DNA of 64,000 nucleotides, taken from assembly GCA_002189035.1 (NCBI GenBank), contig NEEC01000020.1, positions 930,001-994,000 of the forward strand. The letters are read 5' to 3'. Numbering within the stretch: position 1 is the stretch's first letter; every line of letters starts with the position of its first letter. The notes under the pieces are model-generated. The model saw only the letters and a program-made list of their open reading frames with translations. It was not told the DNA's origin and made no database searches. The DNA comes from Utricularia gibba (Eukaryota; Plantae; Magnoliophyta). Below, in pieces: positions 51,456 to 64,000 of the stretch. Made by a program: the position numbers and the translations under genes.

Positions 51456-52907
51456 ATAGATTCTTTCGAAAATTCATTATTCGTATTAGATGAAAAATAT
51501 TAATACATATATCAAAATTCTAAGTTTATTAAGTAGAAGAGATTTAAGGAAAATTAAAATTTAATATTGCCCAAGTTTGGAATATGTGAATCTTAACTCG
51601 AAGAATGCATTAAAATATTGCTCAAATTTTAATAATGCATTAAAATATCGCTCCTTATTTAACACACATTTTATATTTTATATTTATTTATTTTTTTATT
51701 TATATTAAAAAAATAAGTTTTTGTATAAATAAAGCATTTTTCATCCTTAATCAACTAAACATATTTCATCACATACATATGTCCCTATACCATTTTTTTT
51801 TATCCATATTAAAAATATTTTTCAATATATTGGAATCCAATAATCGAACATGCTCTTAAAGACCATCATACTACAATTTTTCTTGACTGATCATACAGTT
51901 TAACTTCCTAAACAAAATGCTTCTCCATTGGACAGAGCCAACTTGTTCATTATCTTTCTTCATGTTTCAACTTCCTCTTCCTCAAATGAGATTTGTGCAG
52001 ATTGGGGTGGCAATTGAAGTAGATGAAGACAATTGAGCTGAATGGATTAATGGCAATGGCCTTAGCTTAAGTTTTTGAGTGTTTGGTAGTTAGTATAGTT
52101 AAATATAGAATTGTTAAAATATAATTTAACTAAATTTTTAAGATATATTTGGGATTTCAGTATTTTGTCTACAAAATCATGTTAATTAATAAAAAATATT
52201 TTATCCTAAATTGAAAGTAATCTCATAGTAATTATTTCACGATGTATAAAGTTTTCATATATTACACTGTATAATGAATAACACACTGGTATTTATTGAA
52301 TTTTTTTTGAATAATATGGTATTTATCTAATAAAGATATCAAATATAAATTGTATTTAATATCATTTCAAAAGGATTGAATGATTAAAGTAAAAAAAGAG
52401 TTGATTTTTTGTTTATAGTAAAAAAAGATTTCATAGAAAATTGATTACGGAACATGATTTATTAAACTAAAATATTATTAAAATCATTTAAAATGAAGTA
52501 TTTTTCTATTGCAAGTCTGTCTCCCAAGTAGTGGACAAAAGCATGTTGGAAGACAATTTCAAAGAAGATTAATTTGTTCGCATGATTGTTGGAATGTGAT
52601 AGATTTGAAGGCCGTACTCGATCGTAGCTGGACCAACTGAAGGCCATGACCTATAATTATCCCTCATTTACAAAAGTAGTCATTAGTACAAATTTTCTCA
52701 TATATGAATTTAAAAATTTTACAATTTAAGCATTAAACCCTAAATCCATGGTTACATACTCTTTTGTTTATCAACTTTTGTGTAGCTATCCTAATTTAAG
52801 ATATTTTGTAATAATATATTTTTGATTTTTTTTTTATATTTGCGATATACCTATAATTTTATAAATTTATATTCAACAAATTCATAAAAAAATGGGTGTA
52901 TTTACAT

Positions 52908-53406
52908 CAGTATTTTAAAAACGGGTGAACCGTTTTATTATGGATTTGGGTTGAACCCTTTTTAATATGGATTGAATCGGGTTTATTAAATTTTGATTAT
53001 ATTTATTAAAATATTAAATTATAATTATAAAATCATACTTTAATGTATCAAAATAGTGAAAATGTAGAAATATATATATATATATATTAAAAATTAATAC
53101 TGTTACATTAAATCATTTTAATAATTCAATATCTCATTTAAATAATATATAATCCAACTATAAATGAATATTTTTTACTATCAATAAAAAATATATATAT
53201 AATATAATTATTCATATTTAATCAATATATATATATCAAATATTTATAATATCTCTTATATTTGCTATTAATCATTTATTAAAATACACATTAAAATTTT
53301 TTTAAAAAATAAAAGTAAAAGAATTGAATTAAATCCAATCCATTAAAATATGACTTCGGATCTAACCGATGGAACCATGGGTCAAACCCATGATTTTAAA
53401 ACACTG
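52908..53406. mobile_element. hAT-like MITE upstream of the first CTNIP gene
   Basis: TIRs CAGTATTTTAAAA / TTTTAAAACACTG (12/13). Degenerate 8-bp flanks atttacat / atttgcgc, and subterminal gggtt/aaccc motifs. Confidence 0.65.
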
Positions 53407-53851
53407 ATTTGCGCCCTATCAAATACTCCTATCATTAATAGGAAATTATGATATTAATTAAAATAAACAGGCAGGACCGGCGCCGGTTCAATATGCAACT
53501 TTTAGCGCGTAAATGAATTTCGAATATAATAATAATAATAATAATAAAATAATAGCGCATCCCCGGCGTACTCGTACGGTAAACTAAACTTGCCGCGTTG
53601 AAGTGGCCCAGCGTTAAAATATTTATTTAATATGCGGAAATTGAATTTTTAAATAGCAGAAAGTCAGCCAGTGGGAATGAATCCCCAGAGATGGAATGCT
53701 GAATGCCAAGTCGCCCAAAATAGCGAGTGTTTCCAGTCACCAACTACTGAGGGAATACACGCAGATTGAAAAATTCAATGGTCCTCTTGGTATAAAAGCG
53801 CACATCATCCCCACCTTTCCCCCATTCAAATCTCTCAATTCTTCCAATACA

Positions 53852-54169
53852 ATGGCGTTCCAGAGAGTTCTCTTTTGCGTCCTTTTCCTTCTAGCAGCAT
53901 GCGAAGCTTCTAGAGTTCTCAAACAGGAGCAGCAAGGTTTATCCTCGTCGCCCACCGGAGCCCTCCTTCTGTTGCCATCTCTGCAAGCAAGGCCGAGCAG
54001 GCCGGGCGGCCCTCCGTCGCCCAGCGGATGCACGTGGATCCCGGGGCGCGGTGGCCGGCCGTGTGCGAACACGCTCGGGCAGAGGAACTTCGCGGCGGTC
54101 GCTCCCCAGGCTCCTCCGCCGTCCGGCAAGGTCACGGTGGTGCAGTTCGGGAAGGCTAGCGAAAGCTGA
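53852..54169 (+). CDS. Secreted CTNIP/SCREW-family peptide precursor (105 aa)
   Basis: TATAAAAG at 53791 and ATG at 53852. Signal peptide MAFQRVLFCVLFLLAACEA, then LLLLPSLQ...GGPPSPSGCTWIPGRGGRPC (C-x10-C) and an NFAAV..APPP tail. GC-rich coding island. Confidence 0.85.
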   Translation: MAFQRVLFCVLFLLAACEASRVLKQEQQGLSSSPTGALLLLPSLQARPSRPGGPPSPSGCTWIPGRGGRPCANTLGQRNFAAVAPQAPPPSGKVTVVQFGKASES

Positions 54170-55559
54170 TGTGAGCAAACGACTCGGCTGATGAATAACT
54201 TAACTCATTCTTTTCAACTCATTCCTGTGTGATGCGCCGGGTGTTGAGTTGTACGTGAAAGTGTAAACCTTCTGATTAGGTCAAGTCTAATATTCTTTTA
54301 GATATTCAAAAAATTATATATTGATTATGTTAAAAAATCAGTATCTTATCAATGTTTTAAAATTTACTCGATCATGAAACAAAATAATAGTTTTCATTTT
54401 TAGAATAACGTTTCAAAAATAGCTAAATTATCATACACAAGTTATTTATATGCCAAAAATAATCAAACAAACCCTTCGTTTTTGTAAGAAGTTGTAGACC
54501 CTCGAGTTTTTCTTTATAAAAAACACTTCTTAAACTTGATTTTCTAAGTCATCAATACAATATTTAACATGATAGAATGGAATATAGTAAACTATCATTT
54601 ATTTAAATTAAATCTTTTACATAAAAAAATTGATATTCGATTAATATACTATACATTCTTTTATTCCATATAAAGAGTCATGCCTTATTTACAATATGGC
54701 TTATGTTCCCAAAAAAAGCAACGAAAATAAATTATTCTAATTAGATAGTATTTCTCCCAAAAAGACGGACCTTTTCATCTTTTGTCACTTAGTATTTGGT
54801 TGATGAGATTGGGTGGGAGATAATAAATTATAGGATGTTGACTTTATAAGTTTAAATAAATCTAGGATTAAATGAGTTTTTTTATTAATTTTATGTATAT
54901 CAATTTATTTAAAAATGTATTTCTATTTACTTTATTTAATCACTTAATCTCAGCTCAAACTTCACAAGTAAAGACTATTTGAAAAACTAATTTCTCTATA
55001 TCATCTTTATTTAAATTCATAGAAATTAAACCCTTTTTATTCTATTTACATCAACCAAACACAAGTTTAATATAAATTAGTATCATTTGGCCACACTCAC
55101 CGACATTCGCCCAACACATTACTCTTAGTTGTATATAACTAAAGTAAGTTCCACACTAGCAAATTGTAAACCCAACACAAGAATTCGAATGAGTTGTATT
55201 TCATGCATTAAACTCAAAACCCCACTTTTTGACGCAAGATTTGTGCTTGGAGCTTGGAAGAACTTTAGTTAGGAAATCTGCAGTGGTCTTCAGTTTTGAT
55301 TTTCTGTCGAATCCAATGGGCATGAATATCAACATGTTTCATCAAAGAGTGTAAAAATGTATTCTTGTTATGTGATATTGTTAAAATATATAATCTCAGA
55401 TCGAAAAATTGAAGTGGTATAATCAAGTATATTAGAAATTGTAAATCATAAGTTATCGATTGGGTTTAATTTTTTCTATTATAATCTATGTTTTTTGTGT
55501 ATTTGACCTTCATGTGTGCTCACTCGACCCATCGGATCTTGAATTTCAACATATATAGC

Positions 55560-55830
55560 TCTAATGATATCACTAAAAATGATTGTCTTCAAATCAGCTC
55601 CTTCCAGTTCGTCCATTAGATGATCAATTCAATCCATATTGCATGTTTTACGCTTTCAGAGAAAGCAACATATTCTACCTTTGTGGATGAGAGAACTACT
55701 CCCTTTTGAAGCCTAAAGTACTACATTATTGCACCAAATCTAAGGATTGAAATTACATAAGTAGTTGATTTCTTAGTGTCTGGGTGACCAATGAGATTTG
55801 CATCTACATACATTCTTGGTTGCAAGTCAC
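55560..55830 (-). mobile_element. Ty1/Copia RT-RNase H relic
   Basis: MYVDANLIGHPDTKKSTTYVI and VVLSSTKVEYVAFSESVKHAIWI match the Copia GYxDAD...RKSTTGY and VALSTTEAEY...AIW motifs. Confidence 0.75.
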
Positions 55831-57614
55831 TGTTTTCAAATTGTAAGATCAATGATTTAGAACCTTGCAGATTAAATTTATACCTGCACAGTTTTCTTTC
55901 TTGTACAATTGTAACTCATGTTGTGGACAAGTCCTTCATTTTATGGAATTTATTTGTCCCATATCGGTTTGTTACTTACATTTTTTAAGCATCCATTTAA
56001 TGAAGGTGCTTCACATGTTAGGCATTAGTCTCAGGCACATGATACCTCTATTCACCTTTAACTATCAACACTTATTAGTACATTAACAAGTACATTTGTA
56101 AGAATACTTTACTAAAATGGTCCTTTCATAATGGAAAATGCTCAAGAGAAGCAACAATAGTTGATGGGATTGAGATTGACTTATATTATGGGCTAATTAA
56201 TATTAATCATTGTGTGACATGGGCTAATAATCATTGTAAAATGCCAAACTTAGCATCACCCATGAAATGTCGAAATTTTTTGAATTTTTTAGTTTATGGT
56301 TTTGGTGTTCTTAGGAGAAGGAAAAAATGTAGAAATTTAATTACCTAAAAACTTGAAAACGCATTGAGCATCAGGGGTTTTTTGAGTGCTCATGTGTTCG
56401 AGATTTTTGCTATTCAATGCTTATTTAGTGTTTGATAAATAGTGTTTCAATAGGCTTCTTGAAAACTCAATGAGCATAGGGTCCACATAGATGGTCATGT
56501 TGAGCTCTACAATAGTGCTTCTAGCTAGGGGCTTCATGTCCATCATATGAGCAATCACTCTATTTGTTGCTATTTGGGCATTGGGGCATAAATTTGTACA
56601 TGGGTGCTTACTATTAAGAGTTAGGAGCTTAGTGTTGCATCTCTTAGAAAGTTACTATTGAGTCTGAGATAATGCAACCACATGGCTAACGAGATTTTTG
56701 GGGCTCTCGACATATGCAATGCTCCTATTTTAACAGGTATTTAGCCCAAATCATGTCTCCTTGGATGGAAACCTACTTCTTAAGTCCTTGCTTTTCGACA
56801 TGGAAGATTCATCACCATAGATCGTACTTTAGTTTTCTCTACAAAGTGATATTTTCTCAAATACTTGGAGTGTAGTTTTTGTATGACTTATTTTACAACT
56901 TATGATTTAAAATAAAAGTAAATGTTTATAAAATATCTTTACTTGTTATAAAACTTATCTTATACTTATATTTTTATTTATTCTTAATTTATTTCAATTT
57001 TAACTACTTTATCTATTTATTACATAAGTTGATAAAATGTGAATTATTTAATAAATAAATTGTTTAATTTCAAATAAATCACTTCTATTTATTTTACATT
57101 TACTTATACAATAACTTTTACTTATGAATTAAATAGAAGTTGTTGCTTAAATTGCATAAACTACACCTTTCATGTTCGAATCTTTTTCATGGAAACATCT
57201 TCCATGATGGTTCTAGTCAAAGTCTTGTGTTCAATGGTTTGAATATTATTCTCGTTTTTCTCATTTTTTGTACAAAAGTAATTGTGAATTTAGTTAAAAA
57301 TTAATTATTCATGTAAAAAAAATCAAATATAATTTTCCATCCTAAAAATCACTCTTCCACCAATCATTAGTGCAGTGCACACTAAGTGATGCATTATTTG
57401 CTTGAGGTTTTTTTAGGAATGATCTTTTTCGCAGTCCCTTTTTCCCTCTCTTCAGCGTCTTTCACATTGGGCGTAGCAGTGCTCAGTTCTCCTCATGTGA
57501 ATAGAAGGAGTTCTATCGCTCAAATCAATCGAAGAACCCTACTTCGCATGAGTTCAAACATTGTTCTCTAGCTCCTCATAACTATTTCTCCTATGGTGCT
57601 ACCAATACTTAAGT

Positions 57615-57811
57615 AGTGTTCTGAAAAATTTTTAAAATCTATTTCTATTTTTCAAAAGTAAAAATAATTTTTTTATAATACTTTTAATTATAAAAATAAT
57701 TCTATCAAAAACATTTTTAAAATTATAACTATAAAAGTTATTTTTGAAAAAGTAATAAATTCGTTTTTATTTTTATTTTTCAAAAATAATTTTGAATTTT
57801 CCAAAATATTG
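57615..57811. mobile_element. Second copy of the 51219-51455 MITE family, in the opposite orientation
   Basis: gtgttctgaaaaatttttaaaatctatttctatttttcaaaagtaaaaata aligns with the reverse complement of the 51455 end. It ends aattttccaaaatattg. Confidence 0.6.
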
Positions 57812-59001
57812 TTTTAACTGTTCTCAAGTACCTTCACTTAACTGCTTTCAAGCATTTATCTTGTTTGAGTGGGTTTTCCATTGGTGGATTTGTGTCCCTT
57901 GGGTAATATACGTGGGTACTAGTTTTTATTTCTCCATAGAGTAGTCATGCAGCGATGTATCAATATATGAGCATTTTTATATGCGAATTTAGCTATCCAG
58001 CAACATTCATATTATAATTTAATTAACATTATTGCCATGCATTTCACCAATCTAATAAAAACCCAGTACTTGTTACATAAGCACTCACTTGAATGATCAG
58101 CAGTTGCCATCATAGGGTAAGCTTGGATGTCATTGTCTACAGATTAGGGTCCTGTGTTTGAGAACATGAGGCATTCAAATTCTCCACCAAAACAGTAACA
58201 ATATGTCGCTTGGGTTGAAACTTGCTGCACCTTCAAAACACTTAGTTCATTTCTTTTTTACTCACAAATTTTAAAATTGATAAGTGACTAAATTAGCGAT
58301 TAAATTGAATTTCCTAGTTCTTCTATTTAATTTGATATATCTGTTTATCAGGATCAAGTCAATAAGAAAGCAAATATCCTTCAATAATTTTCAAAAGAGT
58401 ATGATTATAATCAAAGTAAAAATTAATGAAAAAATCAAATATCCTTGGATTACAATCATTTGACACCATACTCAATCAAAATCTAATTTTTAATCCAAAA
58501 ACAAATGAAATTAGCCATTCAAACTGGATCCTACCCGTTTAACTTTTTCAAGCGTCGGGTCAGTCAGATGTGACGTGGACCCTCGCTACCAAGTTGAGTT
58601 GAAGCACGGCGCAAATTTGGGGCGGGTGGGTAGTTATGAAGACACATCCATACATTTATAGTCTGTTAATGACTAATCAGGTGGTCGCCCCCGGCTGGCT
58701 GTATTATCATGACCTGAACTCGGTTTTCCTATGCGTCCACCGGTTCAATCAACCATAGAGCAAGCAACCTCCCAAACTTCCATTATTCAAAAAGTTTGAT
58801 ACTAGTATATTAGTATGTTTAACTATAGATATAATTAATTATATATAATGCTTGATATTAGAGAATATAAATTTGAGTATATGAATAATATAAATATAAT
58901 TAATATTCTATTCATTTGTATATATTATCTATATTCAAAAATATGTATATAAACTATATATCTATACAAAGCTGACATACATATATTAGTTAGTTAAATA
59001 A

Positions 59002-59003
<2 letters not shown>

Positions 59004-59032
<29 letters not shown>
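59004..59032. repeat. (AT)n microsatellite, about 14 units
   Basis: Read directly from the sequence. Confidence 0.9.
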
Positions 59033-59036
<4 letters not shown>

Positions 59037-61507
59037 TAGGTATAAATCATCAATACCCAAGTATTAAACATGCGCTAAGGATGGTTACTATACGGATCTA
59101 AAATTAAATATATTTATAATGTTAATTCTATAATATATATTTATCCAAATATACGTAATTCAAAAATATTCATAATTAAACTATATTATCAAACATCATA
59201 TCAAATGTAATCTTAAATGCTAGTAGATAATCCATTTATTCATATGCGTCACCAATTATAAAATTCATTCTAAAATTTTACTGTTATTATTATTATTATT
59301 ATGTTAATATAAACAACTTAAAGCCTATTGAACTGTTTGAGGCACTTTGAATCTTCTTTTTATAGCAAACACAAAAATATATTTTTACGACATAAAATTT
59401 GATTTACTTTTATCAAATATATTTAAGCTTCTATATTTATTCTGCATGCATATACACAATCATTTTTGTTATATTGAATGTGATTTTTAGCAGTTTTATG
59501 AATATTGATAAGTAGTACCTATGTTTTTATATTTTTATAACTATTTTGAATTATTTCATATTTCTTTTATGTATATGTTTCTATATTTTTAAATATTTTA
59601 TATTAATATGATCTTTTTGAAATAAAATTAACTTTTATAATTTTTAGAATAATTTTGATTTAAATTAAAAGAAAGTCATGGCTTAAGATGAATGAGTCTA
59701 TTTAAGATCGATATTGAACTAGAAGAAAGTTCAAAGATGAAAATTTGATCAAAAATTTTATGATTTAGATAAAAATTTTAAAAATAATTTTGAAAAATTA
59801 AGATGGATGATAGATAAAAAAAACTTAAATATAGATCCAAAAAGAAAAAAATTAAGTCTGAAGTCTGATCACCATGCTTTTGTAAAGTCTGAAGTCTTCG
59901 AATCATTCAGAAGTAATATAGTCAAGTCTTGATTTCCAAATTTTCATTTGTTTTCAATTTTTAGTAATTTTTGTGTCCTAAAGTAAACCATGTGCGCGTA
60001 AACATTTATGGTTAAGGATTCTCATTGAAACTATGATTATGCAAGTCCTTACACATGTTGATGATTTACTATGTTTTTTATATTTAATTTCATTTTACAA
60101 AAATGTTTTTCTTGTCAATATGCTTTTAATTATCACCAAATCCTAAGACCATATGAAAAAAAAAATCAATTGTATATTGTTGTCAAAACACATTTGATCT
60201 AATATATCTACTAGTATGTAAATTCTTTGGGTTAGAATCAAATGTTAGAAAAATATAAGTTATCGTAAAAGACGAAATGATTCTAGTGAAGTAATTAATT
60301 CTATATTTTTACTAAATGAGAAATAATGGTATTATAATTAACAAGTATCACTTATTTAGAATAATATTCTTAAAATTTTTGTGAACGAGTAAATGTTTGA
60401 GAATCACATACACATATGAACAAGCATTTTGAGCATCAAAAAGTCATCGTATGACGGCCTTCCATGTCCGGAGGGTGTGGGTTGGTCAGAATGGTTTGTT
60501 GTCACTTCTACCTTTGAAGTCAATATTTTTATATAATTTCAAAATTATATTTTTATTTTTTATCATTTATTTTAGGAAAAATTCAAAATATCAATTCTTA
60601 GTGAAAACAATTTTTATTTTTTGTTTTAATTTTTTATGCGCAATTACAAAATTACTATCAAAATATTCATATACATTCATATCTGAAAAAAATGATTCAA
60701 TGGGCATTAGTCATAAAACCTAGTAGTCACATACTAAGTAACTAACTTTTTGAAATTATATTGCAATAACACCTAAATTTGATAAATCAAAAACACTATG
60801 TTATATAACAAGTGTTTTATTTGATAAATCAACTAAATTCGTGGACGTAAAATTCTGATCCCGGGATTCGTAAATTTTATTTACAAATAAATAACCTAAT
60901 AAAAAATTGAACATATTGTAAACTTTATTATACAAATAAATATAAAGTGACTTCTTTATCATTCATTATAAGAAAAATGAATAAGCGAATAAAAATTGAA
61001 CATATTGTACACAATTACATGTAATCGAGTTAAATAATTGATTTATATAAAAAAATTAACAAAAAACGAATTATAGATTAATTAATCTCATAAATCAAAA
61101 CTCCAAAGCTATATATTTTAACTATTCTACAAAAAGGAAGAAAAAAAAATCACTTAACGGCTCAAAGGTTTTGAAAGTGACCCGACCCATAAAGTATTGG
61201 GTTGAAATTTCAACTGGCAGAGATTATTCAACTGTTTAATTGTAAAACTTACCTCACTGGTTCGGTTTCGCTGATGCAAAGCTACTAAAATCAAAAACCA
61301 ACCACAGAAAATTCATTCAACTCTTTGAAAAATCCGTCACCAGCATGCTTCCGCATCCCGGAGTCTCTTTGAATAATACCAGTCAAATTCGGACCTCCAT
61401 AGCGTGCACATTGCATTCCTGGAGCAGTATAAAAGCGCACGCACCGGAGATCCCAGTTCCATGCACAAATCTATCTCTCTTTCATTGCTTGCTTGACCCA
61501 GAAGAGG

Positions 61508-61771
61508 ATGATGAGGAGGAGGAGTTCCATTGCTGCTGTTTCCATTTTCGTTCTGCTGGTTGCTCTCAGTGCTGATACGAATGAAGCCATACGTCTCCTG
61601 CCGGAGGAATTCGCGAAACAAGCGAATCTGCTTCTACCGTCGTTGCAGAGTAAGCCGCCGTCACCGAACCCTTGCACCTACATTCCGGGGAGTGGTTCCG
61701 GTGTATGCATGAAAGTGGCAGGTGTAGACTCTCCTTCACCTGACCTGAAACTGAAAGAGGGTGGCGTGTGA
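61508..61771 (+). CDS. Secreted CTNIP/SCREW-family peptide precursor (87 aa)
   Basis: W-box at 61381, TATAAAAG at 61428 and ATG at 61508. Signal peptide MMRRRSSIAAVSIFVLLVALSADTNEA, then NLLLPSLQSKPPSPNPCTYIPGSGSGVC (C-x10-C). Confidence 0.85.
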   Translation: MMRRRSSIAAVSIFVLLVALSADTNEAIRLLPEEFAKQANLLLPSLQSKPPSPNPCTYIPGSGSGVCMKVAGVDSPSPDLKLKEGGV

Positions 61772-62086
61772 TCATACCCTGAGCACGAACTTTAGGAACT
61801 GATTCAGATTCTTTTGTTATTTGTATAGTTTAGAGACAGATGTTCATTCGTTCATTCCTTGAATGGTGGTTCAGATAAAAACTGAGCACATTATGAAATT
61901 CATTCGTATTTTGCCATGTAAAACGCAATACAAATCTCGGCTGGGAAGTACTTATTCTGTGAAGGAACTCCAGTTCAGTCGGTCTGGATTCTACATAGTT
62001 CATGAGATCACAATCAACACGGAATATATTGCAGTAAAATCCTAGAATTGGGTCATGAATGCATATAGTGATAGAGGTAGGCCCGG

Positions 62087-64000
62087 TGTTGGAAATTAAC
62101 TTACATCCTTTGGATTATGCTGGGTCACTGATTCAACACGAACACGAAGGTTTCCGCCTTGCTGCTGCACACGAATTGCTGCTGGAAATGCTGGAAATGT
62201 AATGAATGTGAGTTTGACTGGATCAATGATAGGGTGCAGCATAAATCCCAAACCAGCCCAACAAACTGAAATACATTAAAACTTATACCAATGATTGACT
62301 AGACACTAGTGTACTAGTTTAAATATCATGTAAGAGTGGTTCTTTATAGAACTTCAGTACATTTGAATTAGTATTCTCAAGTTTCAAGCATCTTATGTAG
62401 TCTATGACAAAGAACACAAATACGTCATTGGTATCAGAGCTACTTTGATCCACAACTTAGGTATAATACCTTCCTACACTATTATCTCACTAGTCACATA
62501 GGAACTAAATGAGCAACAAAGCCAAAAAATTCATACCATTACAATCACCACAGTTCGATGGAAAAAACTATCTTATTTGGGTAGCAAAAATGAAGTGTTA
62601 CATACAAGCCTTGGGATTATGGGTCATAGTGACCAAAGACCCACCAACATATAAGGAAGGGAAAACCAAAAAACTCACAAAAGAGAAAACGATGACAAAC
62701 TCACAAGCTCTGGTTGCCGTACATGGCTCCCTCACCAATGAAATCTTTTTGATGATATTCAACTGCGAAACAACAAGAGAAGCATGGAAAATATTTGAGA
62801 TAGATTTCTCTAGAACTGAAAACTCACAAAAGCTGAAAAATTGAACCTTTGGAGGGAATTTAACTTAGTAAAAATCTCAAACTCAGACCCTATTAAGTCA
62901 TTTGCAGACAAGCTGAACAAACCTATGAGCAAGATCAAACAAATGAGAGGCACGGTGGAAGATGAGAGGGTTATCAACAAAATTTATACAAGCATGCCTT
63001 CAAAATTCAGCCTTGTTGTGAGTGCACTCATTGCAACAAGGAGTTTGATTAATCTGATGCTATCTAAATTGTTGAACACTATGAGGGGTGAAGAGCAAAG
63101 ACTCAATATCTTGGATGAACAAGAGAAACCTCAAGAAAAATACTACAAGCAGCTTATACAGCCTATAGGTCAAATCAATGTCACGTAGTAAAAAAGGAGA
63201 AAAGAGGGCCTCACCCACCATGCTAGTTTTGTAAAGGAAAAAAAATCATCAAAGCAGAGATTGTTTTTGGAATCCTTCGAACAAGTGCATACACTGCTCT
63301 GCTATGGGACACATAGAAAGAGTCTGCCCTGAAAAACAAAAGGCTAAAGAACTGTTAGTTGTAGCCTGAATATCTAAACTTCCCCAAAATATGAGCGATA
63401 TGGTTCTGGCCATTATTGAGACATATGCAAGTTTATCTACCACAAAAAGATTAGTTACAAAAGACAAGTAATGATATTTGGATAGCGGCTGTAGCAAACC
63501 ACCTTGGCATATGATATTAACTACTTCAAAATCCTAAAACCCCTTTCAAAAAAGAAAATCCTCCAAGCAGCAAGACAAGAACAATTGATACCTGATGGAA
63601 TTGAAGACATCTCAATGTCTGGGAAAATTATTAAAGATGTGTACTATGGTCAGTTACAAGATCAAGACATTTACTATATACATGAAAATACTTCAATCAC
63701 TGCTCGGAACTCATCTGAAAATGCATTATTCAAGCAAAAAAACAGCAAAGGGTATATCCCATCTCATTTCTCACTAAAACTATAAATGGCATCTGTCTGA
63801 GCAGCCTAACAACATAAACCCTATGGCATCAACGCCTTAGACATATATGTCAAACAAAACTTCTCCTTATGAAGAGAAATCATTTAGTCGAAGGCATATC
63901 TAACCTAAAGAACCAAGATAAAATATGTCAAATCTATCAACAAGGAAAAATAATTAGAATTCTTTTTGACACAAAAACCTAAAAAAGCACCAAAAGATTG
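62087..64000 (+). mobile_element. Ty1/Copia element, 5' LTR through protease, decayed and truncated by the window end
   Basis: Putative LTR TGTTGG...GTCA at 62087-62427 and primer site TGGTATCAGAGC at 62429-62440. Gag SPQFDGKNYLIWVAKMKCY at 62509, zinc-knuckle-like region near 63220-63300, and protease YLDSGCSK near 63475. Confidence 0.85.

Noticed and set aside
53696-53851. 52-codon N-terminal extension of the first peptide ORF in the ORF track
   Set aside because: It runs through the TATA box at 53791. The signal peptide starts at ATG 53852.
53737-54178. Minus-strand ORFs overlapping peptide gene 1
   Set aside because: These are antisense shadows of a GC-rich CDS with no motif of their own.
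55900-58400. Possible continuation of the Copia relic, including a degenerate primer-like tggtagcacc near 57600
   Set aside because: It is too decayed to read diagnostic motifs or establish order, and was left unannotated.
61337-61775. Several overlapping ORFs around peptide gene 2
   Set aside because: They are alternative frames or antisense shadows. Only 61508-61771 has a signal peptide and the Cys motif.

Overview
This is AT-rich nuclear DNA from a flowering plant, probably a eudicot; the species cannot be determined. The left 44 kb is gene-dense. It holds an RDM4/DMS4 (Iwr1-family) gene with a 1-nt frameshift, a single-exon PII-2/TMM-like LRR receptor-like protein, a glycolipid transfer protein, an NDR/AGC kinase, NOP10, an S26-like peptidase, ATG9 and a 2-oxoglutarate dioxygenase. 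The right 20 kb is gene-poor. It holds two small secreted cysteine-pair peptide genes of the CTNIP/SCREW phytocytokine type, surrounded by short GC-richer islands carrying stress-responsive motifs. Mobile DNA includes stacked Copia 5' fragments (one with a tRNA-Trp-like primer site), a decayed full-length CRM-type Ty3/gypsy element, and a Tat-type Ty3 remnant whose two LTR copies share the same downstream flank. There are also a long-TIR Mutator MITE, two hAT MITEs, a pair of related short MITEs and several Copia relics. Exon models were built by hand from GT-AG boundaries and frame continuity. Family names and Arabidopsis locus identifiers come from recalled motifs, not database searches.
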